Virus record (IMG/VR): IMGVR_UViG_3300013099_000003 | Coordinates: 1 to 57,585 of that record | Reading direction: 5' to 3' (one strand) | Length of the DNA stretch: 57,585 nt | Source: a virus | Part shown: positions 10,059-19,559 of the stretch, one piece after another | Layout of the letters: each line of letters begins with the position of its first letter | How positions within the stretch are numbered: position 1 is the first letter of the stretch | Program-made: the position numbers and the translations under genes | The notes under the pieces: generated by a model | Database searches by the model: none | What the model saw: the letters and a program-made list of their open reading frames with translations, nothing else | Told to the model about the DNA's origin: nothing

Positions 10059-11399
10059 ATGGGAATTAAGTATGGGAGGCCAATGCCGGGTAATACCATT
10101 AGTCTCTCCGAGACTACCATGGAGACTATTGCATCTGATTCAGTATACATAGCTGATATATGGGTGGAGGAAAGTACATGGGTTGGATGGGAGGATCTGG
10201 ATGCTACCGGGAAGGCAGTCATCTTAGTACCCTTCAATGGATTACATACGAGGATTCAGAATGATGAAGTGACGAGTCCTAAGACCTTACTTGTCCACTT
10301 CGGTAGAACCGTGAGTGCACACCAAGTAGGTATTGGAGCATTCACAGGGGACTTCAGTAATCTGAAGGTAACTCTGCTGGGTTCTGGTGGAGTCTCTAGG
10401 ACACTGCTAGATGAGTCAGGGAATAGTACGAAATACAGTAGTAGAAACTATGAGTTTGCTCCGGAACTATTCAATGCTCTTAAGTTAGAATTCTATACAA
10501 CTGATACAGTAACTGTAAGTAATATAACGATTCAGAAGAGCATCAATGTAACCAGCCAGATCAAGGCAGCTACTCCTGATGGAACCTTAGTGGACATAGG
10601 GGCATCCGAGAGTGGGAACCTTAAGATCACGGATGCCGAGAGTGGCTTAGCTATAAGTAAGGGAGTCGTAATCGGTAGTACCTTTATACATAAGTTTGGG
10701 GCAGCTCCCGACTTTGATACATCAGATGGAGTTGTAACTGTATGGGATGGTGCCGATGATAGTCACCTGAACCAGATGAGGTACGTATATAGTACAGGAG
10801 CTGATATAGATACTATCTCCTCGGAGAGCATAGCAGATACACAGGAGCTGAAGCTACAAGGTCTGGATCTTTCAGGTGCTTTAGTGGAGCAGACGGTTAC
10901 TCTACAGGGTCAGACTAAAGTTACCTTAGATACACCCTTATACCGTATCTTCCGAATGAAGAACAATGGGACTGTAGACAATGTAGGTCACATCTACTGC
11001 TATGAGGATACGGCTACAACCTTAGGTAAACCAACAGATACAACTAAGGTTAGGGCTGTGATACAACCCGGGAACAACCAGACCTTAATGGCAGTCTATA
11101 CAATTCCAGCAGGGAAGACAGGATACATGAGGGATTGGTATGCAGCCACGGCAGGGGCATCCAAGAGTACTAACTATATTATCCAACTGAGAGCTAGAGA
11201 ACCCGGTAAGGTATTCCAACTGAAGCATGTGTCTGCTTTGGCTGATTCGGGGAGCTCCCATATTCAACATGATTACAGTGAGCCTGAGAAGTTTGCTGCG
11301 GGGGTTGACATAGAGATGAGAGTAGAGATGACAGCAGGGGGTGCATCTGGTGCAGCCTTTGCAGCAGGGTTTGATATAGTCCTAGTAGATGATGTGTAA
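10059..11399 (+). CDS. hypothetical structural protein, 446 aa
   Basis: ORF track; tight packing within the structural block. Confidence 0.7.
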   Translation: MGIKYGRPMPGNTISLSETTMETIASDSVYIADIWVEESTWVGWEDLDATGKAVILVPFNGLHTRIQNDEVTSPKTLLVHFGRTVSAHQVGIGAFTGDFSNLKVTLLGSGGVSRTLLDESGNSTKYSSRNYEFAPELFNALKLEFYTTDTVTVSNITIQKSINVTSQIKAATPDGTLVDIGASESGNLKITDAESGLAISKGVVIGSTFIHKFGAAPDFDTSDGVVTVWDGADDSHLNQMRYVYSTGADIDTISSESIADTQELKLQGLDLSGALVEQTVTLQGQTKVTLDTPLYRIFRMKNNGTVDNVGHIYCYEDTATTLGKPTDTTKVRAVIQPGNNQTLMAVYTIPAGKTGYMRDWYAATAGASKSTNYIIQLRAREPGKVFQLKHVSALADSGSSHIQHDYSEPEKFAAGVDIEMRVEMTAGGASGAAFAAGFDIVLVDDV

Positions 11400-11411
11400 G
11401 TCTCTAGAGAC
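11400..11411. repeat. GTCTCTAGAGAC palindrome copy (intergenic, immediately after the stop at 11397-11399)
   Basis: Exact 12-mer read directly. Confidence 0.95.
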
Positions 11412-11443
11412 ATAAGATAAAGAAGAAGAAAAGGAGAAGTAAG

Positions 11444-11641
11444 ATGGCAGTAAGGAAGAAAGTAGTTAAGAAGGCACCAGCTAAGAAGAAGCCAGTAGCT
11501 AAGAAGAAGGTATCAGTTAAGGGAAGTATGTATGATCCGAAGGTAAACATCATGGCAAAGGCAGAGGCCAAGCATAAGGCTGCCGTAGCAAAGAAGAGAG
11601 CTGCATACAAGGCTGCACAGGCTAAGAAAGCAAAGAAATAA
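11444..11641 (+). CDS. Lys/Ala-rich, highly basic histone-H1-like small protein (65 aa)
   Basis: MAVRKKVVKKAPAKKKPVAKKK...AAYKAAQAKKAKK; SD aaaaggagaag upstream. Confidence 0.7.
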   Translation: MAVRKKVVKKAPAKKKPVAKKKVSVKGSMYDPKVNIMAKAEAKHKAAVAKKRAAYKAAQAKKAKK

Positions 11642-11656
11642 GAAAGGAGAATAACG

Positions 11657-11938
11657 ATGGCTAGTATATCAGGCACATTTGTAGCAGATGGTGAGAGTGC
11701 AGTTCTTAGTGATACAAAAGGAAATCTAGATCTTGCTGTGAAGCATCTAGGTGATGCGGTAGGATCAGTGGTAGTCTTAGTATCTTATGATAGTGGGACA
11801 ACCTTCTTTAAGTTGGAGGGTGGAGATGTGGGTCCATTTGGTGGTGATAGAATAGTTGTAGCTGGTGGTGATACTGTCCAGTACAAGCTGAGAGCCGTAG
11901 GTGTAACAGGATCTATCTATTACTTCTTGGGGGCATAG
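11657..11938 (+). CDS. hypothetical protein, 93 aa
   Basis: ORF track; SD aaaggaga upstream. Confidence 0.65.
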   Translation: MASISGTFVADGESAVLSDTKGNLDLAVKHLGDAVGSVVVLVSYDSGTTFFKLEGGDVGPFGGDRIVVAGGDTVQYKLRAVGVTGSIYYFLGA

Positions 11939-11939
11939 T

Positions 11940-13862
11940 ATGAGGGTATTCTTTAAGAACCAACCAAGGGTCTTTGAGACTGTCAAAAGGAAGAAGCCTA
12001 AGAAGGGTAAGAAGGGGAAGGGGAGAGGCCATATAATCTTAGTGCCTCAAGATGAAGGAGGAGGAGGAGTTGATGCCTTTACTACTCTTCTAATTCATTC
12101 AGACACTACTGATGGGGATACTACCTTTACGGATAGTTCTCCAAGTGGACACATCATGACTGTAGGAGAGGGCACTCCTGTTCATAAGGATGCTCAGAGC
12201 CGCTTTGGGGCAACATCTATGTTCTGGAATAATGCCTCAAGGATAGATCTTCCTGAATCAGACGACTTTGTGTTTGATGGAGACTTCACTATTGACGCTT
12301 GGATATACCCCATAGCTGCCGGTGCTCTCTTGATAAGTAATATAACATCAGCTAACTACTTCCACTCACTATACTTATCCTCAACAACGTTAGGTAGGGT
12401 TTATATAGATTCTACCTTAGAGTTGAGCTTTGCAGTAACTCCAAATGAGTGGCAACACTACGCCTTAGTTAGAGAGGGAGATGTATTCAAAGCGTATATT
12501 AACGGCACCTTAATGGACACAGAAACGATAATAGGTGCCGGAAGTGTAAACCTCCCCGCAAACAATGTATATGGGTCAGCTGTATCTGCACAAAGAGGAG
12601 ATGGATATGTTGATGAACTTAGGGTTAGTAAAGGAATAGCCAGATGGACAGAGGACTTCCTTCCACCCACAGCACCATACCCTGAAGAGTATGATGAAGA
12701 GGTTGGGCCTACTGGCCCCGATGCCAACACTGTATTACTAGTACATGGGGATGGTCTTAATGGATCTGTTGATTTCCTAGACTCGTCTGATACTGGAGCC
12801 ATAGTCACACCCACTAGTGCTCAACATGATGATGCTGTGGCTAAGTTTGGTGATACCTCCATAGAACTAACAGGAGGTGGTTACTTAGCGGTTGCTCATG
12901 ATGATGCCCAGAAGTCAAATGGTGGTGCGTATACCATAGACTTCTGGGTTAACTTTCATTCTGGAGGAGACCAGATATTTGCAGGTAAGAACCAAGGGTC
13001 AACACCGTATGCCGGTTGGTATATAAAGATAAACCAGTCTGAGCAGATAATGTTCATAAATAAAACTAATGATAGCATACTATTCAGTTCAGCAGGCAAA
13101 GATCCTAATGTATGGACACACATAGCTATTGTTTGTGATGGTGTTGATTCTTATATGTATGTTGATGGGATCTTAGAGAGCACAGCTCTTGGGGAAACGA
13201 TAACGGATTACTCAGCTCCCCTATGTATTGGTAGGATGGCTACTAATTTTGCCTCTGACCCATCTAATGCACATATAGAGGAATTCAGGCTTAGTAAGGT
13301 AGCTCGGTGGACTGGGGAATTTGTACCTCCGAGAGAACCATATCCTATCCCAGTTCGTGATACTGTAACTGCAAAGAGTGTTATCTTTGATATCCTAAAT
13401 ACTTGGGGAGGAGGATACTCTAGTATAAGATCCATAGAATTCTTACTAAGAGGAGTAGTAATCCCCGTGACTTCAGGATTCACTGCTGATGCTACTACGG
13501 AACACTCCAGTCCATATATACCTGAGAATGCCTTCAACACCTCCCTATCTAGGATAGACACACATGCAGATAGGTCGTGGCACTCGTCTTCAGTCCTCAG
13601 TGGAGAACTTAATAGACTCTTAGTGGTCTTTGATACTCCCATAGAATTTGATCAGATTGTTATAAATAATGGGCATTCCGAAGGTGCTGCCACAAACAGG
13701 GGAGCAAAGGATACTGTAATAACTATATCCAGTGATGAGATTACAGACACAACCTATGGAGCTGCTATTACAAACTCCACTGTACTCTTTGATGGACAGC
13801 TCTCAATACATCCATCTGTTGATGTTCCTGATAACCAAACATACTATTTAGGAGAAGAGTAG
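11940..13862 (+). CDS. tail fibre / receptor-binding protein with two LamG-like (concanavalin A-like) jelly-roll domains
   Basis: Two repeats of the pattern TxLLxHxDG..DSS...KFG.TS...DFTIDxW...W(Q/T)H(Y/I)A...G....Y(I/V)(N/D)G. These are DFTIDAWIYP...WQHYALV...AYINGTL and YTIDFWVNF...WTHIAIV...MYVDGIL. Confidence 0.6.
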   Translation: MRVFFKNQPRVFETVKRKKPKKGKKGKGRGHIILVPQDEGGGGVDAFTTLLIHSDTTDGDTTFTDSSPSGHIMTVGEGTPVHKDAQSRFGATSMFWNNASRIDLPESDDFVFDGDFTIDAWIYPIAAGALLISNITSANYFHSLYLSSTTLGRVYIDSTLELSFAVTPNEWQHYALVREGDVFKAYINGTLMDTETIIGAGSVNLPANNVYGSAVSAQRGDGYVDELRVSKGIARWTEDFLPPTAPYPEEYDEEVGPTGPDANTVLLVHGDGLNGSVDFLDSSDTGAIVTPTSAQHDDAVAKFGDTSIELTGGGYLAVAHDDAQKSNGGAYTIDFWVNFHSGGDQIFAGKNQGSTPYAGWYIKINQSEQIMFINKTNDSILFSSAGKDPNVWTHIAIVCDGVDSYMYVDGILESTALGETITDYSAPLCIGRMATNFASDPSNAHIEEFRLSKVARWTGEFVPPREPYPIPVRDTVTAKSVIFDILNTWGGGYSSIRSIEFLLRGVVIPVTSGFTADATTEHSSPYIPENAFNTSLSRIDTHADRSWHSSSVLSGELNRLLVVFDTPIEFDQIVINNGHSEGAATNRGAKDTVITISSDEITDTTYGAAITNSTVLFDGQLSIHPSVDVPDNQTYYLGEE

Positions 13863-14291
13863 ATGCTTAAGAAATTACTAATAACCATGATGATGGTAGC
13901 CACTATGGTACTAACATCCTTCGCAGCAGATACGAAGCCAGTGGAGATAACCTTCACATGGTCAGGATACTTAGAGCAATGCCCTGAGTGTACTGACTAT
14001 CAAATATTCTTTTACGTAGACACAGATGAGAATGGGCCATACGCTATGATACCAGTGACGGATGATACCTACACTGTACCTTATATAGATGATGGACTCT
14101 CTCATAATTACTGGATACGAGCAGAAGATCATGGGGAACTCAGTGGGAACTCCACTGTAATTACAGTAGACCCATGGTATCCTACCCCGGAGAATCCTCC
14201 GTTACCTGAGACTCCTGAGCCTCCACCTGATAAGCCGGAGGGGATGAAGTACAGACTAATCTTTGAGAATGTAGTGATAGAACAGATGTAG
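13863..14291 (+). CDS. small protein with N-terminal signal-like helix and Pro-rich C-terminus (142 aa)
   Basis: MLKKLLITMMMVATMVLTSFAAD...; last gene of the plus-strand block. Confidence 0.6.
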   Translation: MLKKLLITMMMVATMVLTSFAADTKPVEITFTWSGYLEQCPECTDYQIFFYVDTDENGPYAMIPVTDDTYTVPYIDDGLSHNYWIRAEDHGELSGNSTVITVDPWYPTPENPPLPETPEPPPDKPEGMKYRLIFENVVIEQM

Positions 14292-14296
14292 CAAAG

Positions 14297-14326
14297 AAGG
14301 CCCTATAGAATTAACTATAGGGCCTT
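14297..14326. terminator. bidirectional stem-loop terminator between the convergent blocks
   Basis: aaggccctatag (14297-14308) / aattaa loop / ctatagggcctt (14315-14326): a 12-bp perfect stem with short T/A runs on both sides. Confidence 0.6.
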
Positions 14327-14330
14327 TGCT

Positions 14331-14342
14331 GTCTCTAGAGAC
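14331..14342. repeat. GTCTCTAGAGAC palindrome copy (intergenic, 4 nt after the terminator stem)
   Basis: Exact 12-mer read directly. Confidence 0.95.
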
Positions 14343-14464
14343 TTCCTAGAGATTCTTCTTAGGCCATGAAGGTATACAGTAGACTCGTGTAGGCTCTATC
14401 CGTCTCCCCTTCGCACATGTAAGATAACAGTTCTTATCGGCCTCCTCACATGCACAGATGATGA

Positions 14465-14677
14465 TCACCCCCTTCTTTCTTTTATCTTCCATTGTCTCAG
14501 TTTGAACCTCACTTGTCTCTTTGATACTGGATTAGCAATATGATCTATCTGACAAGCTAGATATATGTACTTACCTTCGTATGTAGCTAGGAGCCTATAG
14601 TAACTTCTACCATCTAGTGGTTGCAACCGTTCATCCTTAATGAAAAGGAACCCTTCCTGCTCCAATACCTCCTTCAT
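14465..14677 (-). CDS. hypothetical protein, 70 aa
   Basis: ORF track; last gene of the minus-strand block. Confidence 0.6.
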   Translation of the reverse strand: MKEVLEQEGFLFIKDERLQPLDGRSYYRLLATYEGKYIYLACQIDHIANPVSKRQVRFKLRQWKIKERRG

Positions 14678-14688
14678 TCCGGCCCTCC

Positions 14689-15162
14689 TTAACCTTCGGC
14701 ATAACCTAGCCCTCTCAGTACGAAGTCCTCGGCTGATCTACATTCCCTGAAAGACCACAGTGGTCCTGTGAAATGCTTAGTACGACCCTCAGGTGTCTCG
14801 ATTACGAACCTGAGTTCTTCCTCGAACTTCATCGCATCCCGGATAACATCAATACGTAACAATGATACATCACCTCCTAGATCTATACTCCCCTCCTTGT
14901 TTACCTGCTTATGTATCCAAGTTACTGCAGTCCTTAACTCGGACTCCTCTCCATCCTTAGACCTAATGGCCCGTGGGCTCATGATGTTCCCCTTTAGGGC
15001 AGCAACAGCCTCATCATGGGCTAACTGAGTATTCTGTATCCTTCTATCAATATCCCGCTGAGCATTCTGCTGGGCTTCCAGCACAGACTCCTTAAGATTT
15101 ACCTTAGCCGCAGCTGCCTCCTCCTGTAATCTCACAGACATCATGGCTTTCTGTGTAAACAT
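14689..15162 (-). CDS. hypothetical protein (about 158 aa; start uncertain)
   Basis: The tracked ORF 14689..15363 overlaps the reductase 3' end by 260 nt. An internal ATG (15162, 15144 or 15141) is more plausible. Confidence 0.5.
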   Translation of the reverse strand: MFTQKAMMSVRLQEEAAAAKVNLKESVLEAQQNAQRDIDRRIQNTQLAHDEAVAALKGNIMSPRAIRSKDGEESELRTAVTWIHKQVNKEGSIDLGGDVSLLRIDVIRDAMKFEEELRFVIETPEGRTKHFTGPLWSFRECRSAEDFVLRGLGYAEG

Positions 15163-16771
15163 TTCCTGTTCGTCCCTTAGCTTCTGTGTAGCTAACCCTT
15201 TCGAGGGGCTGACCTCCTCTGGAGCCATCGGGGTAACAGGTGAATCCTCTAAGTCTTGGGGCAAACTCTGCCAAGACTTCGGCAAATGGCTGAACACTGT
15301 CCTCACAATTCCCATCGGTTCCCCATGCTGGAAGGTTAATAGTTGAACTGATAGCATGATCAACGAAGTCCTGCATGTCAGCTTGGAACTCTATACGTCT
15401 CTTCGGCTCCTTAGCTAAATCTACTGCCGTCTCTATGCTCTCCGGGTCTAGGTTGTGCTTCTGTATGAGACCCTCTGCTGTACTATCTATGACGTACTCG
15501 TACTTCCAATCAGTCCCATCCACCAGATACCTTCTCTTATAGGCAACCGAATAGAGTGGCTCGATTCCCGTAGTTGTTCCAGCAAGGATACCAATAGTTC
15601 CTGTTGGGGCAATAGCTCGGTAGCCCTTAGGACGGTTAAGATAGAGTCTATCGCAATGTTCATTTGCTGATCTTTCGGATTCCTCTTCGTAGGCATACAT
15701 CCACTCCTTCAGCTCATCGTTCATTCCATACTTGTAGCCCCGCTTCAGTAACCATTCATGGACACCCATGAGGCCTACACCTATCCTCCGATTCTCCTCC
15801 CGTACTTGCTCCACTTTCTTATAAGGGAGATCTGCACGGACTGAACCACATACGAGGAACTTAGCTCCCAAGGATACTACCTCACGGAATTCCTCTATAG
15901 TCTCCACGTTAGCCATATTGACTGCACCTAGATTACAGCAGTCACTGTCATCCTCACTGGTAATCTCACAACAGGCATTCCTCAATGTCTCTAGAGACTT
16001 CCTTCCGAAGTTAAAGGAGAACCCGGGCTCACCAGTTCTCATAGCATTCATTACGTTATGCAGATAGATATCAGGTAGCACCCCATCATCCACTCTCTCT
16101 AGGAAGCTGTCGTCGTAGTTCAGAGATATGTTTGTCATATCTAAGGGAGCACGAAAGTTAAAGTCGGCTCTCTTCAGATCACCATAGGTCAGCCCCTTCC
16201 TTATCTCCATGGCATCCCAATCCTTAGCATTGATCCAATCCCAAGCATCATCATGAGACCACAACAGGGAGCCGTATATGGCACTCCTACGGCTTCCACC
16301 CTGCATTACGTTCTGCCCTATACCATTCACTAGTTCGGCCAGTGAGAGGGGCCCTGAGGCTACTCCTCCGGTTCTCCTGATTGGTCTCCCCTTCCCTCTT
16401 AGTATGCTGTAGTCTACGCCTATGCCACCACCCGTCATCAAGCAGCTCGTACTCCTTTGTGCTAATGCTGCCCACTCCTCTCTAGTATCCTCTTCAGCCT
16501 TCAGGCAGAAACAGTTATTGAAGAAGTGGGCATTCCTCCCAGCATAATAGATGTACCGTCCACCGGGCATCCACTTCATCTGAGTCATGAGGGATACTAG
16601 CTCTGACTGATCAGACTGAGAGAGTAGTCTCCTTCTTCTACCATTCATCTCACCTACTACATCCTCAGCTATAGTCCTACATCTCTCTGGCCACGTATCT
16701 GTCTGAGTCAGGGCATACTTATTGTAAAAAACATTACGGGCAATGACGTTTCTAAAGTTATGTTCAATCAT
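15104..16771 (-). CDS. ribonucleotide reductase, probably class II (adenosylcobalamin-dependent) type
   Basis: NACCEI...CCNLGAVNM (active-site N-x-C-x-E and downstream Cys), GGGIGVDYS, APTGTIGILAGTTTGIEP, and a C-terminal Cys pair. The class is inferred: no NrdB gene is present and there is no glycyl-radical C-terminus. Confidence 0.8.
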   Translation of the reverse strand: MIEHNFRNVIARNVFYNKYALTQTDTWPERCRTIAEDVVGEMNGRRRRLLSQSDQSELVSLMTQMKWMPGGRYIYYAGRNAHFFNNCFCLKAEEDTREEWAALAQRSTSCLMTGGGIGVDYSILRGKGRPIRRTGGVASGPLSLAELVNGIGQNVMQGGSRRSAIYGSLLWSHDDAWDWINAKDWDAMEIRKGLTYGDLKRADFNFRAPLDMTNISLNYDDSFLERVDDGVLPDIYLHNVMNAMRTGEPGFSFNFGRKSLETLRNACCEITSEDDSDCCNLGAVNMANVETIEEFREVVSLGAKFLVCGSVRADLPYKKVEQVREENRRIGVGLMGVHEWLLKRGYKYGMNDELKEWMYAYEEESERSANEHCDRLYLNRPKGYRAIAPTGTIGILAGTTTGIEPLYSVAYKRRYLVDGTDWKYEYVIDSTAEGLIQKHNLDPESIETAVDLAKEPKRRIEFQADMQDFVDHAISSTINLPAWGTDGNCEDSVQPFAEVLAEFAPRLRGFTCYPDGSRGGQPLERVSYTEAKGRTGNVYTESHDVCEITGGGSCG

Positions 16772-17120
16772 ATTGACTACCTTTGTGCAAAGTCTTATGG
16801 CAATTAGAGCAGATGAGTATGCACTTATCTACCTCTGCCTGTTGCTTCTTATATGCCATAGTTGAATGACAACCACCTAGTTGGAAACTCTTGGAAGTAG
16901 GCTCTGTATGGTGGAAGTCAAAGCACTCTGGTCTATCAAGATCATTGAACCCACAGACACTACATTCTCCTCCTTTGTACTCTACTAGCCGTAACTTCCG
17001 TCTCCTACCTACCATCAACTGCCTCTCTGCTGCACACCTCATACATCGAGAGGCTCCATGCTTCTTGTTGACATAGTAGAGGGTGATCCCATGCTGAGGG
17101 CATTCTCTTAACTTATACAT
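16764..17120 (-). CDS. HNH endonuclease
   Basis: CSVCGF...FDFHHTEP...CSNCHKTLH (Cys4 plus His-Asn-His-type motif). Confidence 0.75.
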   Translation of the reverse strand: MYKLRECPQHGITLYYVNKKHGASRCMRCAAERQLMVGRRRKLRLVEYKGGECSVCGFNDLDRPECFDFHHTEPTSKSFQLGGCHSTMAYKKQQAEVDKCILICSNCHKTLHKGSQYD

Positions 17121-17323
17121 TATGGAAGCTGTGCTCTATCATCCTGTCCTCTCTTATACATCTTAGCTAACTCCTCATTCAACTGTAGACCACCGATGTC
17201 TATAGTCCCTAGGGAGCCATCATTATTCTTACGGCCATTCCTGTAGTGGTAATGGGCCTTCCGGTACGTGATGAGCTCCCGAATATCATCAGGCAGCCCA
17301 TCAAAGGTTGGTGTCTCTATCAT
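17120..17323 (-). CDS. hypothetical protein, 67 aa
   Basis: ORF track; start/stop overlaps with neighbours. Confidence 0.55.
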   Translation of the reverse strand: MIETPTFDGLPDDIRELITYRKAHYHYRNGRKNNDGSLGTIDIGGLQLNEELAKMYKRGQDDRAQLP

Positions 17324-17492
17324 TCTTCCCCTCCTCGTATGCCCTATCTAGCATCTTTATCATCTTCAAGGATACTCCCTTGCATCCCTCTGGGTTCTGC
17401 TTAGAGAACCAACATCTATAACTAGAGACGGCCACACCCTCCACTGAGAAAAGGTATGGCCCATCCAAGATTATTCTTTCCGTTTCATTCAT
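17301..17492 (-). CDS. hypothetical protein, 63 aa
   Basis: ORF track; ATGA-type coupling with the upstream gene. Confidence 0.55.
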   Translation of the reverse strand: MNETERIILDGPYLFSVEGVAVSSYRCWFSKQNPEGCKGVSLKMIKMLDRAYEEGKNDRDTNL

Positions 17493-17740
17493 AATAAGGA
17501 CTCCAGATCCTTCAAGGCCCTGTCAGCTAAGTCTCTCTGAATGGAGTGGATTACGTGCCTAGTAATTGCCATAGCTAATGGTGGATCTTCAGAGAATGAC
17601 CTATCTAATTTAATGAGACACTCTCGATCCTTAACCACTAACTTCAGGACATCTGAGCCACCCTGCTTACCTAGAGAGGCCACAGCATCATCATGACCTG
17701 TAGCCCTCTCTATACATCTTAACATCTCATTGGTAATCAT
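17489..17740 (-). CDS. hypothetical protein, 83 aa
   Basis: ORF track; 4-nt overlaps at both ends. Confidence 0.6.
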   Translation of the reverse strand: MITNEMLRCIERATGHDDAVASLGKQGGSDVLKLVVKDRECLIKLDRSFSEDPPLAMAITRHVIHSIQRDLADRALKDLESLL

Positions 17741-17982
17741 AAGATCTCATCCAGAATCTTACATGCCTTCATCAACTTCTTAGAAGAGGAGAACTTCAGA
17801 TAGGTATAATCTGTTGTACTGTCCAAGTACAGCTCTAAAGAGAATACCATCTTATCCTTCTCAGGCTTCCTCTTACCACTCTTCCAGTCTCTTCCCTTCT
17901 CCTTATGAGATGTCATCTTGTATCCAATGATGAAATCATCACGAACCTTCAGTACACCACGGTTATGTTCTAAGACTACCAT
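17737..17982 (-). CDS. hypothetical protein, 81 aa
   Basis: ORF track. Confidence 0.6.
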   Translation of the reverse strand: MVVLEHNRGVLKVRDDFIIGYKMTSHKEKGRDWKSGKRKPEKDKMVFSLELYLDSTTDYTYLKFSSSKKLMKACKILDEIL

Positions 17983-18113
17983 ACTAATTTCCTCCCGATC
18001 TTATGATTACAGATTGGACAACAAAGGATTGCTGGTACATCCTTCCCTAATCCCTTCCAATACTTAAAGGTACTTCTCCAATACTCTATACACTCTGGAC
18101 ACCTGAAGCTCAT
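17976..18113 (-). CDS. zinc-ribbon mini-protein, 45 aa (below the ORF-track cutoff)
   Basis: My own translation: MSFRCPECIEYWRSTFKYWKGLGKDVPAILCCPICNHKIGRKLVW. SD gagg lies about 8 nt upstream and the stop overlaps the next start. Confidence 0.5.
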   Translation of the reverse strand: MSFRCPECIEYWRSTFKYWKGLGKDVPAILCCPICNHKIGRKLVW

Positions 18114-18148
18114 ACCTACTGCCTCGGCCTCCCAATCCTCTTCCTTAC

Positions 18149-18388
18149 TCAATAGATTTTCCTCCCGGCCTTGAAGTTTTCCTGATCTCCATAGTGAGTA
18201 CTGTATCCATCTTCAGCCCACCCTACATCTCCTTCCTTACCTAGCCGGAACCCTCCCTTATTTCCTATAGACTTCTGTAGTACACCACCACAGCCCGGGC
18301 AGTCATGCCTCGTATCCCTCTGCTCCACTGTATGCTGGTGCTCTTCTTCATGGCCACAGCTCCTACACTGATAACTGTATATTGGCAT
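18149..18388 (-). CDS. FmdB-family zinc-ribbon protein
   Basis: MPIYSYQCRSCGHEEE...CPGCGG is the classic FmdB N-terminus. The start is moved to this Met, which removes the overlap with the upstream gene. Confidence 0.65.
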   Translation of the reverse strand: MPIYSYQCRSCGHEEEHQHTVEQRDTRHDCPGCGGVLQKSIGNKGGFRLGKEGDVGWAEDGYSTHYGDQENFKAGRKIY

Positions 18389-18389
18389 C

Positions 18390-18638
18390 CTACACCTCCT
18401 CATACGTCTTTAGGAAGATCTCCTCTTTGCAGGGGTACAATTCCCCCTCGATCCCCCTGATTATATAGTCTCCATTATCAACCCTCATGTCACCCTCTAG
18501 GGTCTGGATGTATACACCATCACTGCCATTGTAGAGTATTCCACCCTCTCTAGCCTCGAAGAGCCACTTAGCCCTCATGATATCACCATAGATACATTGT
18601 TCAGCCTCTACTACTATTGGTCTCTTACGATATCTCAT
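18390..18638 (-). CDS. hypothetical protein, 82 aa
   Basis: ORF track. Confidence 0.6.
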   Translation of the reverse strand: MRYRKRPIVVEAEQCIYGDIMRAKWLFEAREGGILYNGSDGVYIQTLEGDMRVDNGDYIIRGIEGELYPCKEEIFLKTYEEV

Positions 18639-18837
18639 TCACTCTCCCCTTCTGGTACGCTAAACCTCTGCCCTTCCGGAACTTACTTGCTTGTCTCCTA
18701 TTAGGCTCTATACCTACAGCCTTACAGGCCTTTATGAATGCAGGGGAAGATAGTACACCAGTATTCTTAGCCTCTGCCTCTAGTCTCCATGGGTTAACAT
18801 CAGGCCCACTCCTTGGATATCTCTTCTTCATTGCCAC
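18625..18837 (-). CDS. hypothetical basic protein, 70 aa
   Basis: ORF track. Confidence 0.55.
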   Translation of the reverse strand: MAMKKRYPRSGPDVNPWRLEAEAKNTGVLSSPAFIKACKAVGIEPNRRQASKFRKGRGLAYQKGRVNEIS

Positions 18838-19094
18838 ATCTCATCCTTTGGTTCTGGGTTACAGAAAATGGTTAATGTATGGTACTCCTTAGAGTGTGCC
18901 ATCTTCTCCATGTGGGGACAGAAGATCGTATCATCACCTAGCTTCTCTATACAGTATGTCCTATCACATTCAGGGACACATACATTACCTTCATCTACGA
19001 ATCCTAGCCCTACGTTCAGGGAGAACTGACGATAGCCACAGTTCTCACAGGTGTTACCATCCATTAGGCAGTCACAGCTTGGGCATTGTTCCAT
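18828..19094 (-). CDS. Cys-rich zinc-ribbon protein, 88 aa
   Basis: MEQCPSCDCLMDGNTCENCG... Confidence 0.6.
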   Translation of the reverse strand: MEQCPSCDCLMDGNTCENCGYRQFSLNVGLGFVDEGNVCVPECDRTYCIEKLGDDTIFCPHMEKMAHSKEYHTLTIFCNPEPKDEMWQ

Positions 19095-19549
19095 AGTACA
19101 CTCCTTACATGGTTCACCTGATTCATACAGTCATCCAAGGCATTATGAGAGTTCTTCTTCTCCATCTTCTTGAATTCATCTAGAGTCCTACAATCCCTCT
19201 CCATCCAGTAAGGGAAGGGGTAGCACCCAGCATCCCGAAGAACAGCAGCATCCATGGAGCCTCTACTCCAGACCTTCTTGATATCATATACTCTTTGGAG
19301 TTCCTTCATCACCTCATTAAGAATCTGTATGGAACCAATGGCTCCAAAGAAGACCTTCCAGTTTCTGCCCTGCTTCTTATGCCAATCCAGTGTGTCTCTA
19401 GAGACAGTTCGGCCATCCACTATCTGCTGGTGCCACCCAAGGTTCATCTCCATAGTCTCTATGTTCTTCTTCCGATTGAATATGACGACACCCACTTGAA
19501 GTATCAAGGCAGTAGCTTTAGTATCCAGAGTCTCTATATCGATCATCAT
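19064..19549 (-). CDS. DEDD-type 3'-5' exonuclease
   Basis: MMIDIETLD (Exo I) ... HNALDDC (Exo III). Start set at the ATG with SD aaggaag, 10 nt after the dUTPase stop. Confidence 0.7.
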   Translation of the reverse strand: MMIDIETLDTKATALILQVGVVIFNRKKNIETMEMNLGWHQQIVDGRTVSRDTLDWHKKQGRNWKVFFGAIGSIQILNEVMKELQRVYDIKKVWSRGSMDAAVLRDAGCYPFPYWMERDCRTLDEFKKMEKKNSHNALDDCMNQVNHVRSVLWNNAQAVTA

Positions 19550-19559
19550 ATGTACTTCC

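Noticed and set aside
14343-14467. Possible 41-codon Cys-rich minus-strand ORF with a GTG start overlapping the stop of 14465..14677
   Set aside because: The putative SD abuts the GTG start with no spacer, and the ORF runs into the terminator and palindrome region. The evidence is too weak to annotate.
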